A stretch of DNA of 64,000 nt from Geosiphon pyriformis uo1. Taxonomy: Eukaryota; Fungi; Glomeromycota. Below the pieces are notes generated by a model. The model made no database searches and had not been told where the DNA came from. It was given only the letters and a program-made list of their open reading frames with translations. The stretch is from contig JAAOMT010000664.1 in assembly GCA_016748015.1 (NCBI GenBank), forward strand, positions 690,715-754,714, read 5' to 3'. Positions 1 through 13,900 of this stretch are shown here, piece after piece. The position numbers and the translations under genes were made by a program. The stretch's first letter is position 1. Every line of letters begins with the position of its first letter.

Positions 1-3000
1 TCTACTTTATCTTCATAGTTGTATCCAGCGATTTCAAAGGTATATGCAATGTATTCTGATTCTTTCATTTGACGAACATTTTCTTGAGTGGCTCTGTTGA
101 TTAAAGCTATTGCTAAATCGAAAATCATTTCAGCATCATAAGGGTAATAGTACAGTTTGTTGAAAGTGCTATTGTAAGCAGTATTAAAAGGTGTTCCTTT
201 TTTGACTTTTTCTGAAATTGATAAAACATATTGACAGGTTTGATCGCAGACTCCTCCTTTCATTGCAACATCAATCCAATTGTATTCTTCTGGTAGCATA
301 TCTCCACAAGTCAAACAAGGAGTGTTGTCCTATTTTCTACTTCTTTTTATTAGGTGGTCCCATTATTCTCTGTGGCAAGCCTTGCAGTAATAACAAGTAT
401 GATTTTCATATTCTTCTTCAGGTAAAATGCAGGCTCTCATTGATGAAAGTTTCTTGTGGCAATCTTTGCATTTGAGTGGAATGTAAGGGCATTGTTTTCG
501 TGGTTCTGGTTTTGAATAGGGGACATTCCATCCAGGTGTTACTGGTTCTTTTGTTTCAAGAGAATCGTATGTTGAAAAATACTGTTGTTCAGTTTCATCA
601 GCCCAATTGGAGGTTGATCCAAGTGCCATAAATGTTTCAATGATGGGTTTTTCTTCTTCCAGTTTGAATTCAAAAGCCGGGGCTTTTTCGGAGTGTTTGT
701 TGAATGTACTACAAGTGGCAAGTACTCGGGCATGTTGTCCTTGGTAGGAGATTGTTAACTCTTGTGTCTTCCAATTTAGATTAGCATTGGCTTTTTGGAG
801 CCAATTGTTTCTGATGAGAGCTTGGTATTGGGGAGCATCCATGACCAGAACTTTGACTAGAATAGTAATTTCGTCAATTGTGAATGGGAAGTTGTCAATC
901 TTTCCTACTGGAGTTTTTTTCATGCCATTAGCAGTGACAATAATTGTCTGAGCTGGTTGGTTAATGTTTCTTTTTAGCTGTTGCATCAATTGATATGTGA
1001 TGATGCTTCCAGTGGATCTACTGTCTAGGATCAAGTGAATTGGCTTTCTTTCTACTTCAGCTTCTGTGTACATTGCAGTGATGGCTTTTTGCTTATTAGT
1101 CGTTGCATTGCTAAGCAAGAATGGTGATTCATTTGCTTCAAATTCAAAAGGAAATATATCTGAAAGGTTGGTATTTTCAACAATTCTGGCTGGTGAGATT
1201 ATGGTAGGAGTATAAAAAGAGTTTTGTTATTGTGCTGCAGCTCTACCTTCTGAAAGTGCAATATGGTGAAAATCCTGTTCTTCTGGCATCGTAAGATAAC
1301 TAGATTGAGTATGATAGTGGTTGGGTCTTGGTTGAACTGAATTTTGGGAAACCAATTGGTTGTTCGAATTGATTCTATTGTTGTTTACTTGGTATTGGTT
1401 TTGTGGTGTGAATTGATTTTGCGGAATCAATTTTCGAGCAGGTACTTAATAATGTTGTGTGAATGGTTGTTGGTATTGCTGTTGGATTGGCTGTGGAGCA
1501 GGCTGATAATAGTTACTTTGGTATTGGGGTCTTGGTGGATAGTAAGCTGGTAGTGATAGTTGATAATAAGATTGTTGTGGTAAAGGGTAACGTTGATTAC
1601 TCCTATTTTGTTGGTTTCATTGTAGCTTTCTGCAATCTCTTTTCCAGTGGCCAGGGATTCTACAGTAATAGCAATTCTGAGGCTGGTTATTAGAAAGTGG
1701 TGCAAAGTTATTTTGATTTCATCTTTGTGGGGATTGGTATCTTTGTGTTTGTTGTGATTGCTGTGGCTGCTGTTGTTGCTGTTGGTTGGTGAAGTAGTGT
1801 TTAACTTTCTTGGTTAATTGGTCAATCTTTTCTTCAGCTGCTGAGCTGGTTTCTCCAATAACCAAGTTAACAAGTTTGGTACGGTTGGCTTCTTCCATGG
1901 CCATTTCATAGTTTTTTGCCTGTTGAATAGCAGTGGCTAAATCTTCTGGTGCATGTGGGCAAACTTTCTTAATCAGTTTATCCTTTAAACCAGCAATAAA
2001 TTGATCCAAGATTTGAGTATTAGAATAATAATCATTAGTTTCAAGTTGGCGAATTTGTCTAAGAAGTTTGTTGAATTTCCCAATATAAGTCATGACAGAT
2101 TCGGAGGGTTCTTGTTTGATATTATGAAAATGATTTTGAAGTGTGATTGAGGTGTTGTTATCGGTGAATTGTTCTAAGAAGACAGTTTTGAAAGCTGTCC
2201 AGTCATTAAAAGGGGTGGTCAAGTTTTCAAACTATTTGCCTGCTGTTCTTTTGAGAAAGTAGAGAATTGTTCTTAACATTCTGGCAACATTCCATCCATT
2301 TGTATCTCCAGCTTTAGTAACTTGGTCAAGCCATTCTTGGGGACTGGTTTCAATATCTTCTCCATTAAATTTGGGAATTTTTGCAATATAAGCTGTCATT
2401 TTGTCTTCTTTCTCATTATCTGTTAATTCACTTTCTTCTTCAGATTCTACTTCTTCTTCAATGGATTCAGAAACGTTTTCTTTGTTGGCTAATGTTTCAG
2501 AGTGTTTGCTTGTGTTTTCTGCTAAATAGTCAAAAAGATTGGTACTAGTCTAAAGGGTTTCTTGTTGTCTGGTGAGACTTCTGGGTGATGTATAATCTTT
2601 TAGTCTTGAAAATTGATTTAAAGGTGAATTAGGAGTTTCTGCTTGTGCAAGTGAAGCTGAAAAAGGTGTAATAGTGAGTGAGAGTTTTAAACTGGTTCCT
2701 TGTTCAGGTGTTTGTAAGTGTTTGGCAGTTGTTTTTGGTAATATTGGAGTATTTAGGGTGGTTTTTGAGTATTGCTTCAATTTTTGTTTGCCTTTGTTGC
2801 TTGTTTCTGTTTCTGATTCAAAGTCAAAAGAGTATTTAGACTGTACTGAGTATTTTTCTTCACAATACTCAATAATGTTAAAATTAAGTTCTTGGAAGTA
2901 GGTAGCAAGTGTTTCACTGTTCAGATCTTCTGTTCCCAATTGTGAATAGTGCACTACATTATTGTAGAGGTTGCTTCTAACTTCTGAAATATTGTAGTTT

Positions 3001-3642
3001 CCAAAAAGATAATTGTTAATGCAGTTTTCAATGTATTGATATACTGATTTTTTGACAACTTCAATTCCGTCTGGAATGTTGAATCTTTGCTTGTAGTGTG
3101 TATAAATTGACTAGTAATACTCTAGAGTTGCTGTGTCTGGTGTGGTCGTCACTTTGAATTTGTTGTTGCTGTGTTATTTCCGTGGGAGAGCACCAAATGT
3201 TACCAGAGGTTTTTGGTTTCTTTTTTGTAATGTTGTTGATGCCTGTTTGCTGTGAATTCACGTTTTCTGGATGTGGTTGAACCTCCAGTAACTGAATTTA
3301 TCTTCAAATTATCTTCTATAATTTGAACTGCTGGGCTTATAAGTGGAATGACTAATTTTATGCCAGTTGCTTTATGTAGTTACGTTATAGTAAATGTCAA
3401 CTCTTTCCCAGGAATTGCTTGTCTGGAAGCTCACTAAAATGTGTAGTTACTTTGCTGTGAAAATCAACTCTTCTACAGAAATCTCGTCTGTAGACTACCC
3501 TAATAAATATGATAAGAAAATAAAAGAAAGAAAATAAAAATAAAAATGTAAAAGAAATAGAATTCTGTCAAGGAAAACGTTTTCTATCCAGGCCTGGAAT
3601 CACTAACAGTTTACTGAAATTGGTAGCTAATCAATTTCAAAA

Positions 3643-4183
3643 TGTTAGTTGGGTTTTGAGAATTTTCCAAGTGCAATAATTAAAGAATTTGGTTTTTCGA
3701 ATTATTTGATATTTATTTCTTTTTGTGTATATAGGAATGGTTCTAAGTGATAAATCTAAAGTAAGATACATTTTCTCAAAGAAAGAAGCTTTTCTTTTAT
3801 ACAACTTGTCATAATACTATTCTATGAACTTGAACTTTGCTATTTTCTATAATTTCGCTGAACTAAAGATACATTTCGGCGAACTACAAGTTATTTCTGC
3901 AAACTATTAGATATTTTGGTGAACTATCAATTATTTCAGCAAATTTCTTACAAATTTTGGCAAACTTTTTGAATGTTACATAGTTCGGGGTATTGCATAA
4001 TTGATCATTGCAATTAGGTTACATTTGTGTTATGTACAAATTGGGTTATTAATTAAATAATAATTTTGGATATTTTGCTAATATAATAAGTAATAATTTG
4101 AAACAATAATATATGCTAATTAATGATAAGATTTATAAGGGTAATTTTATGCTAAACAATATCTCTAATTTTGTCTGATAACA
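3643..4183 (-). repeat. Probable 5' LTR of Gypsy element A
   Basis: TGTTA at 3643 and TAACA ending at 4183, the same termini as element B. The right end coincides with the LINE breakpoint. The left end is tentative: the partner LTR is outside the window and there is no clean TGG PBS. Confidence 0.55.
3850..3970. repeat. Degenerate ~20-bp tandem array (about 6 units, core ATTTCGGCGAACTA) inside LTR A
   Basis: Units atttcgctgaacta, atttcggcgaacta, atttctgcaaacta, attttggtgaacta, atttcagcaaattt, attttggcaaactt at ~20-bp spacing. Confidence 0.75.
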
Positions 4184-7100
4184 ATGTGCCCCTCAAGACT
4201 GAAAAGTTGTCACCCTGGAAAACATTAAACTTGCTACATGCTAAAGAGATTCTATCTAAGAGCAGCTTAGAAAGCACTTTGGAAACAGTTTTAATCAGAG
4301 CAATAGGCCTTGTGTTGGTCAAAATACCTTCTCATTCATACAGTTTAGGTATTATGGAAACTCAGATCCTCTTCCATAGTGTAGGAATCATTGTCAGAGT
4401 TAGATACATGTTGCAAATATTCAATAAACCACTCAAAACTCTCTTGTCACAATGTTTCCATAGTTCATTGATAATACCAGAAAGCCCAGCTGTTTTGCCA
4501 TCTGGCAGGTTACTGACCACCACTCACAACTCATCCAAATTGAAATTGCTCATGACATTTGCAAAGGCACTAAAGTCAACATGAGCCAAGGGAGCATATT
4601 AAGCTGACCAGCAATCTGGCAGAACTTCGGGCATTATATGTTTCCTCGTCCATCCTTCCATAATTGTATCAATGTTTGACTTGATGTCACAAGAATCCAG
4701 AATCAAATTATCATCCACTATCAGATAGTCGAGCACTACTTTTTGAACTGGTTGGTTCAACACATTCTGAATCATGTGCTCTTTATCAGAGCTAAAGTTC
4801 TCCATATGTTTGTCAATTGTTTTTCTGATGGAGTTGTCTTTTGCCATCCTGAATTTATAATACTTAGATTTGTGGTATTTTTTCTTCACACCTGCCAGAT
4901 GCCGGAAAGCTATTTTGGTTCCAACATTGTTATTAATTAGGGCTTCAAACTCAAAAGCTTTTGTCTCATCAAGATCATACCAAGTGTGTAAAAAGTGAGC
5001 AAAATCAACAGTGCAACCCAAACTCAGACTCTTCACAATTTTTGCCACCAAAAGCTCTAACCTAAAAAACTTGGAAAAATATTTGTTCCTCATACACTCA
5101 AAATTACTGAATCAACATTTGAAGAAAATTTTATCAGTTAACATTACCACTGCCTCTCTCAGAATGTCCCACATTGTATCCAAATCCCCAAGGTTTTTTG
5201 CCATATTGAATTTAGGCAAACCTATAGCAAACCTATCAGACAAGCATTCTCTAAAACATAGCCATTTACCAGCATCAGCATCTTTAATCTTGAATTTCCA
5301 CTTGTTCCTATTGGCTTGCTTATGTAAACTATTTAGATCAGAATTCACAAGACCTCCCAATCCAATTGAAACTAAAACTGCCTGATGATTAGTGTTGAAA
5401 AATTCTACAACAAAGCCGACTTTGTGGTCAACAACAGCAAAAGACAAATTGCAACTAACAAAAATAAAATCAATAGTTTTCTCAATCTTTCGCGAGTTGG
5501 ACCATGTAGGAGCTTCGACCAGCATATGGCCAACAAATGAATTTATCAAACCCAAATCAGAACAAAACTTAACACTCACACTCTTCCCTTTTCCGTTTTC
5601 ATTGAAATCTCCACCCAAAACCACAAATGTACTAGAATTGACTGCTTTGGCAATGAGAGAATTGATGGCAAAAGCTTGACTAAATCTTGATTCAATAGAA
5701 GCACTAGTGTACAACCTCACAATGGATATTAAGATCTTGCTCTTAAAAAGAAGTCTAATCAAAATGACCTACCCAAGAATCTTTTTTACCTTAGAAATGT
5801 GCTGAACCAAACATTTATTCATGATAACTGCCACACCAGCTCCTAGAAAACCCTCTTCCAATCCAGAAGTAAATATCTGCATACTATCAAATTTCTTTAT
5901 AATTCATGGCCTTATGCTAGACCTTAATTTAGTTTCAGTGATAAAGGAAACCATGTTACCCGAACTCATGTGCCACCATATGACATCATTCTGCTTAGCT
6001 GGAACATTAAGGCCTTTAACATTGCATGTAGCAAATTTCCAAATCAAGTTACTTATTAAGAAGTGAAAGATACCTAAGAACCCAAGCTAGCACACAACTG
6101 ATCTAACTTCACCAAAACTGAACCAATAGAGGCCTCAAAAGCCACCAACTTGGACTCTAAACAGCCCACCTTAGTCGTCAAAATTTTTGAACTACTGAGT
6201 CCCAAAGCTGAAACAACAAAGAAATGTGCAGATACCACTACAGAACTTTTCAGAACTATATCTGAATTTGAATTCAATTCGACATTCATCAATGTAACTG
6301 GACTGTTAGAAGAAGACAGAGAAACTAAAGGCACCAAATCCATGCTGTCGAGTTTGTGCAAAATGCCAGACACTTGATCACCCAAGAGCTCCAAGGAGTG
6401 TTTCAAAAACAACAAACAAGCGTTTAAAGACAAATTGTTGATCAGAGTGAGAAGAAAACCACCACTCATATCTGAGACACCAGAAAAAAAAGAACCAGAA
6501 CCAGAACCAGACTCGAATAGAAGACCACCAGAAGAAGAGGCAAAAGAAACTATTTGAGCCCAGGATTTGCTGTCAAACACAGTGAGATAAGAAATAAGAA
6601 CATTTTTCTTGGCATACAATCTAGCCAACTGAACACAAACCTCTTCAGAAGCAGTTTTTTTATAGGTTTTTTTAGATAAAGCAGACACCAGAGTGTCAAA
6701 AGCATCACACTCCAAAGCTAAATGTCTGAAATTCCCATACTTCTTACATTGAACCAAGTCCAATCTAACCCAAGAAAGTTTCATGCCACCAAAAATTGGC
6801 TCTGTGTAAAACGCACATTCAAGCTCATTTTCAGACTTAAAACCAACAATAGCGCAGCAGGTCCAGTTGCCAGTCTCCAGAGAACAATTAATTACACAAG
6901 TTTTCCTACCAGCTCTTTCTAAAAGAACACCAAAATCATAAGCTGTTGTTCCTACTGGCAAAGTAAACAAAAGTGCCCTAAAGTGATCCCTAGACATCCA
7001 AGTATCATGATCTCCTACAGCCATAGCCATATGTACTGAATTTTTCTCAATGAGGAATGACCATTTTAACACCAATTGTTTAGCCTGTTTCAATTTGGTG

Positions 7101-8050
7101 AATTCCACCACAGCCTTTTGCCACATACCAATCAGTTAAATCTTGATTGACTTAATATTACCAAACTCAGATACTGCGGTGACAATCATTTTTTTTGGCA
7201 TATCCATGAGAATTTCTTTAATTACTATGGCCCAATCTGAATGAATTCTTTGTTTTTTAAGATCGCTGTTTATAATAATCCTCTTCTCTCTGGCCAATGA
7301 TATAGCCTTAATCAAGCTTTCTTCAGAAATAAACATTGATCAGATGATTCCTTCAAATTTTGAGGAGGTGGTGGCCCCTCCAAAACCATTGACTGTTGAA
7401 AAAATTTTTCTAATTAATTAAGTCTTTGCCATTGCTGATTTACCTTCCACAGCTGAGAAATTAATATCCAAAGCAAATGACTTTCTAATTGACACTTCCA
7501 CAGGAGTTTTGACAATTTTAGAGTCAATCCACTTTTTTTTTAAAGAGATAAGCAATTGAGGAGGGAGTACAACTTCATCATCATCCATATGAAAATTAAG
7601 AAAGCCGAGCAGAGAACCAAAACCAGTACCAGTATTGACTCATTTTGCCTTGAGTGTAGTAGCAGCTGAATCCAAAAGAGACCTACCATTTGTCCCAGAC
7701 ATACTAACATCCTTATCTTTACCAGATAAACTCTCTACATCAGAATAAACACTGTCATTAGATCCAAATTTGCTTAAGGATATATTTTTTTCATCACCAG
7801 AATGTTTTACATTATCAAGAACAACTTTTTTTTCTAAAAAAAGGAGTCATCAGCAGGACCATGAAAGACACTCTTAGGAGTCTTCTTTTTAAGTATGGTG
7901 TTACTAGCAATAGCCTCCATATCCACAAAAAATGGGTTACTATTAGGTAAAGAAATATTGATATAGACTAAAAAAAACAAAAAAACTTCTTTTTCAGAAA
8001 ATGCGCTTTTTTGGGGATTTGTAAAGGTAAGAGAAAAAGAAGTTTTTATA
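4184..8050 (-). mobile_element. Degenerate non-LTR retrotransposon (LINE) 1: 5' UTR, ORF1, APE endonuclease and N-terminal RT; cut at 4184 by Gypsy A
   Basis: ORF1 remnants from ATG 7920 to ~6053 (WQKAVVEF, C-x2-Y-x4-H-x4-C knuckle remnant). APE motifs WKFATCNVKGLN, GGDFNE, TIDFIF, TNHQAV. RT start RPIAL..GDNFSVLRGT. Collinear with LINE 2. Confidence 0.9.
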
Positions 8051-8054
8051 TTTA

Positions 8055-8056
<2 letters not shown>

Positions 8057-8130
<74 letters not shown>
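8057..8130. repeat. (AAT)n microsatellite, about 24 units, at the edge of a ~1-kb extremely AT-rich spacer (8050-9020)
   Basis: Directly visible. Confidence 0.97.
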
Positions 8131-9019
8131 GTAATTGTAAAAATAGAAAACAATATTAGTTATATTATATTATTATATAATAATAGTTTTAAGTATTGTT
8201 TTAAATATATTTATTATTATAATATATTTTTATTAAAATTTAAATAAATAATAATTAGTGTATTAATAAATTAATAATTGGTTTATTTATATAATATATT
8301 TTTTGATTAACAAATAATATAATAATTAAAAATTTTTATTAGAATATTAATAATATTTAACAAATTTTATTATTATTATAAATATGTATATATACAAGTA
8401 ATTTTTAATTAAAAAATAACAAAAAAAAAAGCAAAAAACAATATTTTTTAATTAATTTATAAATATAATAATTTAAAATAAATATTTACAATGTAATTTT
8501 TTTAAATTTTAATTATTTTAACTATTTTATATTAAAATAACAATTTTATTTATATTATTAAATCAATTATTAATTAAATTTATAACATAAAATTACAAAA
8601 AAAACTATAAAATTATAAAAATTTCAATTTGTAATAATAATTATCTGTTTATATAATATAATATTATATATTCGAATATATATTTATAAATATAAATTCT
8701 ATTTTGTAAAATTTAATTAAAAAAATTTTTTTTTAAAATTATTATAAAATACATAAAAATTTAATTTTTATTTTATGTTTAGAAAAATATAAAAATATTA
8801 ATATTAATTTTATAATTAATTAATCATTTTATGTAAAATTAATCTTGTTTAAATAATTTTAATAAAAAATTTGCTTATATATCTTTTAAAAAAGATAATA
8901 ATTAGATTAATAATTTAGTTAAAAATCAAATTAATAATTAAGTCAATAATCAAATTAATAATTATATTATTAAAACCAATTATAATTAAATAATTAAATA
9001 CAAAAAAAAAAAAAATTTT

Positions 9020-12000
9020 AAAAACTTTTTTCTTTCTTTTGTCAAAAAGAGTCAAAAAGTTTTTTGAAAAAAGTTTTTTACAATTCAGTATGATAAATTT
9101 AAACCCTTTATTTTTGACTATGAGGCCACCATTGGCTATAGTATTGCTATTATAAAGAAAGCTGCTAAAGCTTCTGTTTCTGGTGGCGGCTTCAGATCTA
9201 TTCTTCTGGGTAAAAAGAGAAGAGATAAGGTTTTGGAAGGTGGTTCTGGTGGTAATAATATCAGTCCTAAAGTTCAGAAAAGTAGCTCATGGAGTTCTGA
9301 GACTGGTGAAATCACTGAGTCTGAGAGTGTTGACATGGAAGAGGAATGTTTAGTAGCAAAAACCAGTTTCGATTATAGCAAAGGCAGTGCTCTTGCAGAA
9401 GGGAATCATGATCAAATGCCTACAAGTATAAGAGTCAAAACAAAGAAGGCACTGGGCAAACCATTGGAGAAAATTGATTTTTCGCTCAACAATGATGATG
9501 ATAATGTTTTCCTTGATACTCTGCTGGCATTTCTCACATCTATCAAAAAATTGGTTGCTGTTTCCATCCGTAAATCTTTTGCTTTAGATATTGGCTTGGA
9601 CAAGATTACTGAAAAATCATCTCAAGAGAAATTAGTGGTGGTTAGAAAATTGTTTTCAAGAATCAATGGTTTTGGGGGGGCCTCTACTCTCTTAAAATTT
9701 GCTGGGATCATCTGGGCAACATTCACTTCCGAATTAAGTTTGGTGAAGACTACCAAAATGACTACTGATGCAAAAATCCTGGGGAATACCGATCTCAGAA
9801 AATCATCTGAACGTTCAGATCAAGCAGTGGTATTGAAAAAAATTTCAGTTGGAACATCAATTGAGGCTGTGCATGCTGTTTTTTCTGATTTTGGTATAAT
9901 TAAGTTGATCAAGATGCAGCTGGTGGGGCTGTGGCAAAAAGCTGTGGTGGAATTTGAGCAATCGGATCAAGCTGATTTGGTCACAACTGAATGATCTATC
10001 CTTATTGGAAAGGATGCGGTGCATGTTGCGAAATCAGACAAGGACAAAGAAGCATGGGACAAAAGAGATGTTCATAAGACTTTGTTATATACTCTATTTG
10101 TGGGAACAAATGCACACAATATATGGGATTACATCAAATCTGTTGGTGGGAAGACTTGTGTAATTGACTGTTATCCAGTTTCATATGCTCGGGCCAGGTG
10201 CACCACTGTCTGTTTTAACTCTGCCGATTCATTAAATGCAGTTCTGGGAACAACACCTATGCTTAAAAGTGCAAACTTGCACTGGTTTCATCTCATAATG
10301 ACTAAGTGTGCTAAGTGTAGAAACTCAGGTCATACATCTCTAGATCGTGCTACTGGTGGGAAAATTTCTTCTAGTGGTCCACAGTGCAAGATACTTTCAG
10401 ATTCTGATAAAGACAGACTTGCTACCATTTATGCCAAATGCTCAGCTCTGGTTGCTTGTCCTGTGTCTTTTGGTGGTGCCTCCTGAATGCAAATTGTTGT
10501 AGGATCCTCTCTCTCTCCTCTTCCAGTTTGAAATGGTTTGTTGAGTATTGGCTCTTTTTTAGAGGTAAAGCCTACTCTGCAGGTGTTTTTGGCATTGAAT
10601 GATAGGTTTGCTGCTCTTGAGTGCAGTCTCACCAGTCTCGCAGAGCATGTTGATAAGCTGGCTAAGAGATTGGACACACCTGAACTGACAGTTTTCCAGC
10701 TTAGCCCTGGATGTCAGCCGTTGGTGACCTTTTCATCACAGAATCAAAAAGCGGATATAATAATGAGTGAGGGTTTGGGTGTGGCCACTAGTGGTGGAAC
10801 TGTTGCAGAAGCAGTGTTATTTGATAATTCTGTTATCACAAAAATGGAGAAAACATTAAGGAACCTTTTAGTAATGGTTATGAGCCTTTCAGCTAAAATG
10901 AAAAATGGTGGTTCAGTTCCTAATATTCATTCCTCCCAATGACTAAATTGATTTGGAAGATTGTCACGTGTAATGTCAGAGGTATGAACAATAGTGCAAA
11001 GCAGTTGGACATTGTATGTTGGCATAAAGACATAAACAATTTGGTTTCCGTTGTTATTGAAACAAAGTTGAAGAGAAAAGTTTGTCCTTAGATTGCTAAT
11101 AAGTTTGATGGAGTTCACGTTTTCACTTCTGGTTCGGATTCTAGTCACATGGGATCTGGTGTTGCAATTATTATGGACTTATCTCTGGTGAAACATGTGT
11201 GCAAGGTTCTAGAGGTGCTCAGTTGGCTCCTGTTGGTAAAATTGCTTTTCAGGAACAGATTCTCTGTTTTCATTTTGGGACTATATGCTGGTGTCTCTTT
11301 GACAGTTTGTTTTTCTTAGGCTGATAAAATTAATTCTCTTATCACTAAAGCTGTGAATGAATCCTTCTTTATTATTCTTGGTGGTGACTTCAATGAAGAC
11401 AGATCTCACAAGTGTGCCAGTTTCAAGAAGTGCTTTAATTTGGGTTTAGTTAACTCTCTGGGTGGGAGCTCTTTTGCTAAGTTGCCAACTTGGTGCAATT
11501 CTTGTGGTGTTGCTAAGACTATTGATTATATGTTTCTTTCTTTTAACTTGATTAATGCAATCATGAATCATGGCATGTTGAATGTTGATGATTTTTTTAA
11601 CACTGATTATAGGGCCGTTTATGTTTCTATGGATCTGGATGGTTTGTTGGATACAAGGCTTTCTTCAATATGTAAGCAGGCCAACAAAGATTGCTGGAAG
11701 TTTAATGTCAAGGATGTAAATAAGTTGAGGTGGGCTGAGTTCAGAGATGGTATGGCTGCCAATGCCTCTATGTTCTCAGATGTGTTTGTTGTGGCTGAGA
11801 AATTTTCAGATTTGGATGTAATGTGAGACGTTATTCGCAAAATTATGATTCTTTTGGCAGGTAGAACTTTCAAGAAAAAGTGGTTTAAAGGTTTTGACAG
11901 TGTTTTTAATAAGGTATCTTCTAGGTTTCATAAGCTGGAGTTGCTGGTTTCTAAGCTGGTAAAGGCTTCCTGTTTGACGTCTGGAGGTAATTTTGCTCTA

Positions 12001-13370
12001 TTGTTGGATACATGGGACAAGCTTAACTCTGCTGGCGCTTCGTTAGTGAAGTCTCTTTTTCTTTTAGTGTCTGGTTTTGATGGTATTCACTCTGAGCTGG
12101 CTAAGACAAGGAAGTCTTACCATTCTTCCAAGATGTTGGAATCTAAGCGTGCTGAGAAATCTCATATAAGACAGATTATTGAGTATAGGATGGAGAGCTT
12201 TGAGCTGAACAAGGGTCATACTATCAGAAGTGTTTTGGAGTGTCTATTTTGCAAGATAGTGTTGAATCATTTGGTAATGGATGATGAGTTGGTTTTGGAA
12301 TCTGAGCTGGTTAAATCTAAAGTGGATGAGATTATGGAGGGATGAACTAGGAGGCAGTTGGTGGTTTCAAACTTCTCTGATAATTGGAGATGCCAATTTC
12401 GGCCTTTGGACTACGTTTTTAATGATGCTTTCTCTGGTGTTATGGAATTGATTAGTTTTGGTGAGATGTTCAGTGTCATTTCGAGTTTGCTTAATGAAAA
12501 AGCAGCTGGTCTTTCTGGCATCTCTAATGAATTATAGAAGCATTGCGACAGAGTGGTTCTAGATATGCTTTTGGTGCTTCTGAATCTCTGCCTGGTTTGT
12601 GAGTTGGTGCCTGATCTTTGGAGGGAAGCCTGAGTTTCGATAATTCTTAAATTCTATGAATGGGAGGGTGTTCTCATGAACACCCATTCTATTGCTTTGA
12701 TTGAAACAACCTGCAAAATCCTTTCCAAAATCTTGTTGGACAGGATATCTTTGGCTTGCAGTGAATTTGACATTTTGTGAGGAGACAATTTTTCTGTTTT
12801 AAAAGGTACAACAACACAGTCACCCATTTTTGTCATTGGTTCTGTGGTTCAGGATTCCTTGAAAAAAAACAGGAAGCTGTAACTGGTTTTACAGAACATG
12901 CACAAAGTGTATGATTTGGTTGGTTGGAAACATCTCGAGAGGAGTTTGATCAGGATTAAAATGTGTAACAGGTTCATTAGATTTTTTGGTAACATCCACA
13001 ATAATTGCAGGAATAGGGTGATGACAAATTTTGGCTTGACTAATGGGTATGTGGTTCATAATAATTTGGATCAGAATGAAGTTTTTTCGCTGCTTCTCTG
13101 GCGCATATTTTATGATTTGCTTATATATAAGATCAAGAGACAAGGAGAGGTGTGTGGTTACAGGTTGAATTCACATTTTGTTTTCAATACTGGCCATGTG
13201 GAATCTCAGGCTGGTTTAACATCGTTTTTTGCGGCTGGTGCTTTTGTTGATAATACCATCTGGATTGGTAGCAGCCAGACCACTACACAATACATTCTGA
13301 ACATTGCTAGTGAGTTCTTCAGGATTAATGACATTTCGATTAACAATAACAAAACCGTGGCTATTCCTGT
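9020..13370 (+). mobile_element. Degenerate LINE 2, 5' half: ORF1 (~9120-10942), ORF2 APE and RT (from 10939)
   Basis: ORF1 with RRM-like segments and CAKCRNSGHTSLDR knuckle remnant. ORF2 MTKLIWKIVTCNVRGMN, GGDFNE, TIDYMF, TDYRAV. RT motifs MHKVYDLV, LDQNEVFSLLLW, AFVDNTIW. Numerous stops. Confidence 0.93.
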
Positions 13371-13885
13371 TGTTACGGGATGGTTTTCTTGTTATATTTA
13401 ATTGCTGATATCCCGCTTTAATTACAATCAGTCTTTCGTGAGTTCCTCAGTTCTATTTGTGTGATAATGTCACTGTTATACTGAAGGCTTTCTTTTTACT
13501 GTTGTGATGTAAGTTATTCTTTAATTCTTGATTGTTGTGTGTGTTTATGTACTCCTTTTCAGAGGCTGAACTGAAATCTACCCACTGTCTGGGGTCTTCT
13601 CTGAGGCTATCCTTGCAATTGCCTGATGTGTTTCTCTAATCTAGAAACACAGAATGTTAATAGTCTTTAGCGCTTTTNNNNNNNNNNNNNNNNNNNNACC
13701 TGGTGTTTGCTGCTATCACCAGTTGGTGTTGGCTGCTATTGTGAACTGGTGCTTGCCACTATCGCGAGATGGTGTTTGCTACTATGTTAATCATTACCTT
13801 TCTAAGATTATTACTGTGCTATATTATGATTGAATAGTTTGTATTATTTTTATGATTCTTTTTTCTAAATTCTTAAACTGTAACA
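13371..13885 (-). repeat. 3' LTR of element B (contains an N-gap)
   Basis: TGTTA...TAACA termini; matches 23095-23593. Confidence 0.95.
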
Positions 13886-13900
13886 TTATCCCCTCCTTTC
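13886..13900 (-). promoter_or_regulatory. Polypurine tract GAAAGGAGGGGATAA
   Basis: Purine run on the minus strand immediately before the 3' LTR. Confidence 0.9.

Larger units (their letters stand above)
1..4183 (-). mobile_element. Degenerate Ty3/Gypsy LTR retrotransposon A, 5' part (LTR, gag, protease, Cys-rich domain); continues off the left edge
   Basis: Gag-core ORF 1719-2222 (FKTVFLEQF..IKQEPSESVMTYIGKF..DQFIAGL). Aspartic protease 363-1118 (LILDSRSTGS..ALIRNNWL). Same layout as element B. LINE RT sequence stops abruptly at a ..TAACA terminus at 4183. Many in-frame stops. Confidence 0.9.

Noticed and set aside
3850-3970. CRISPR-like appearance of the 20-bp array
   Set aside because: Units are degenerate and nearly contiguous, with no unique spacers and no cas genes, in a eukaryotic LTR context.
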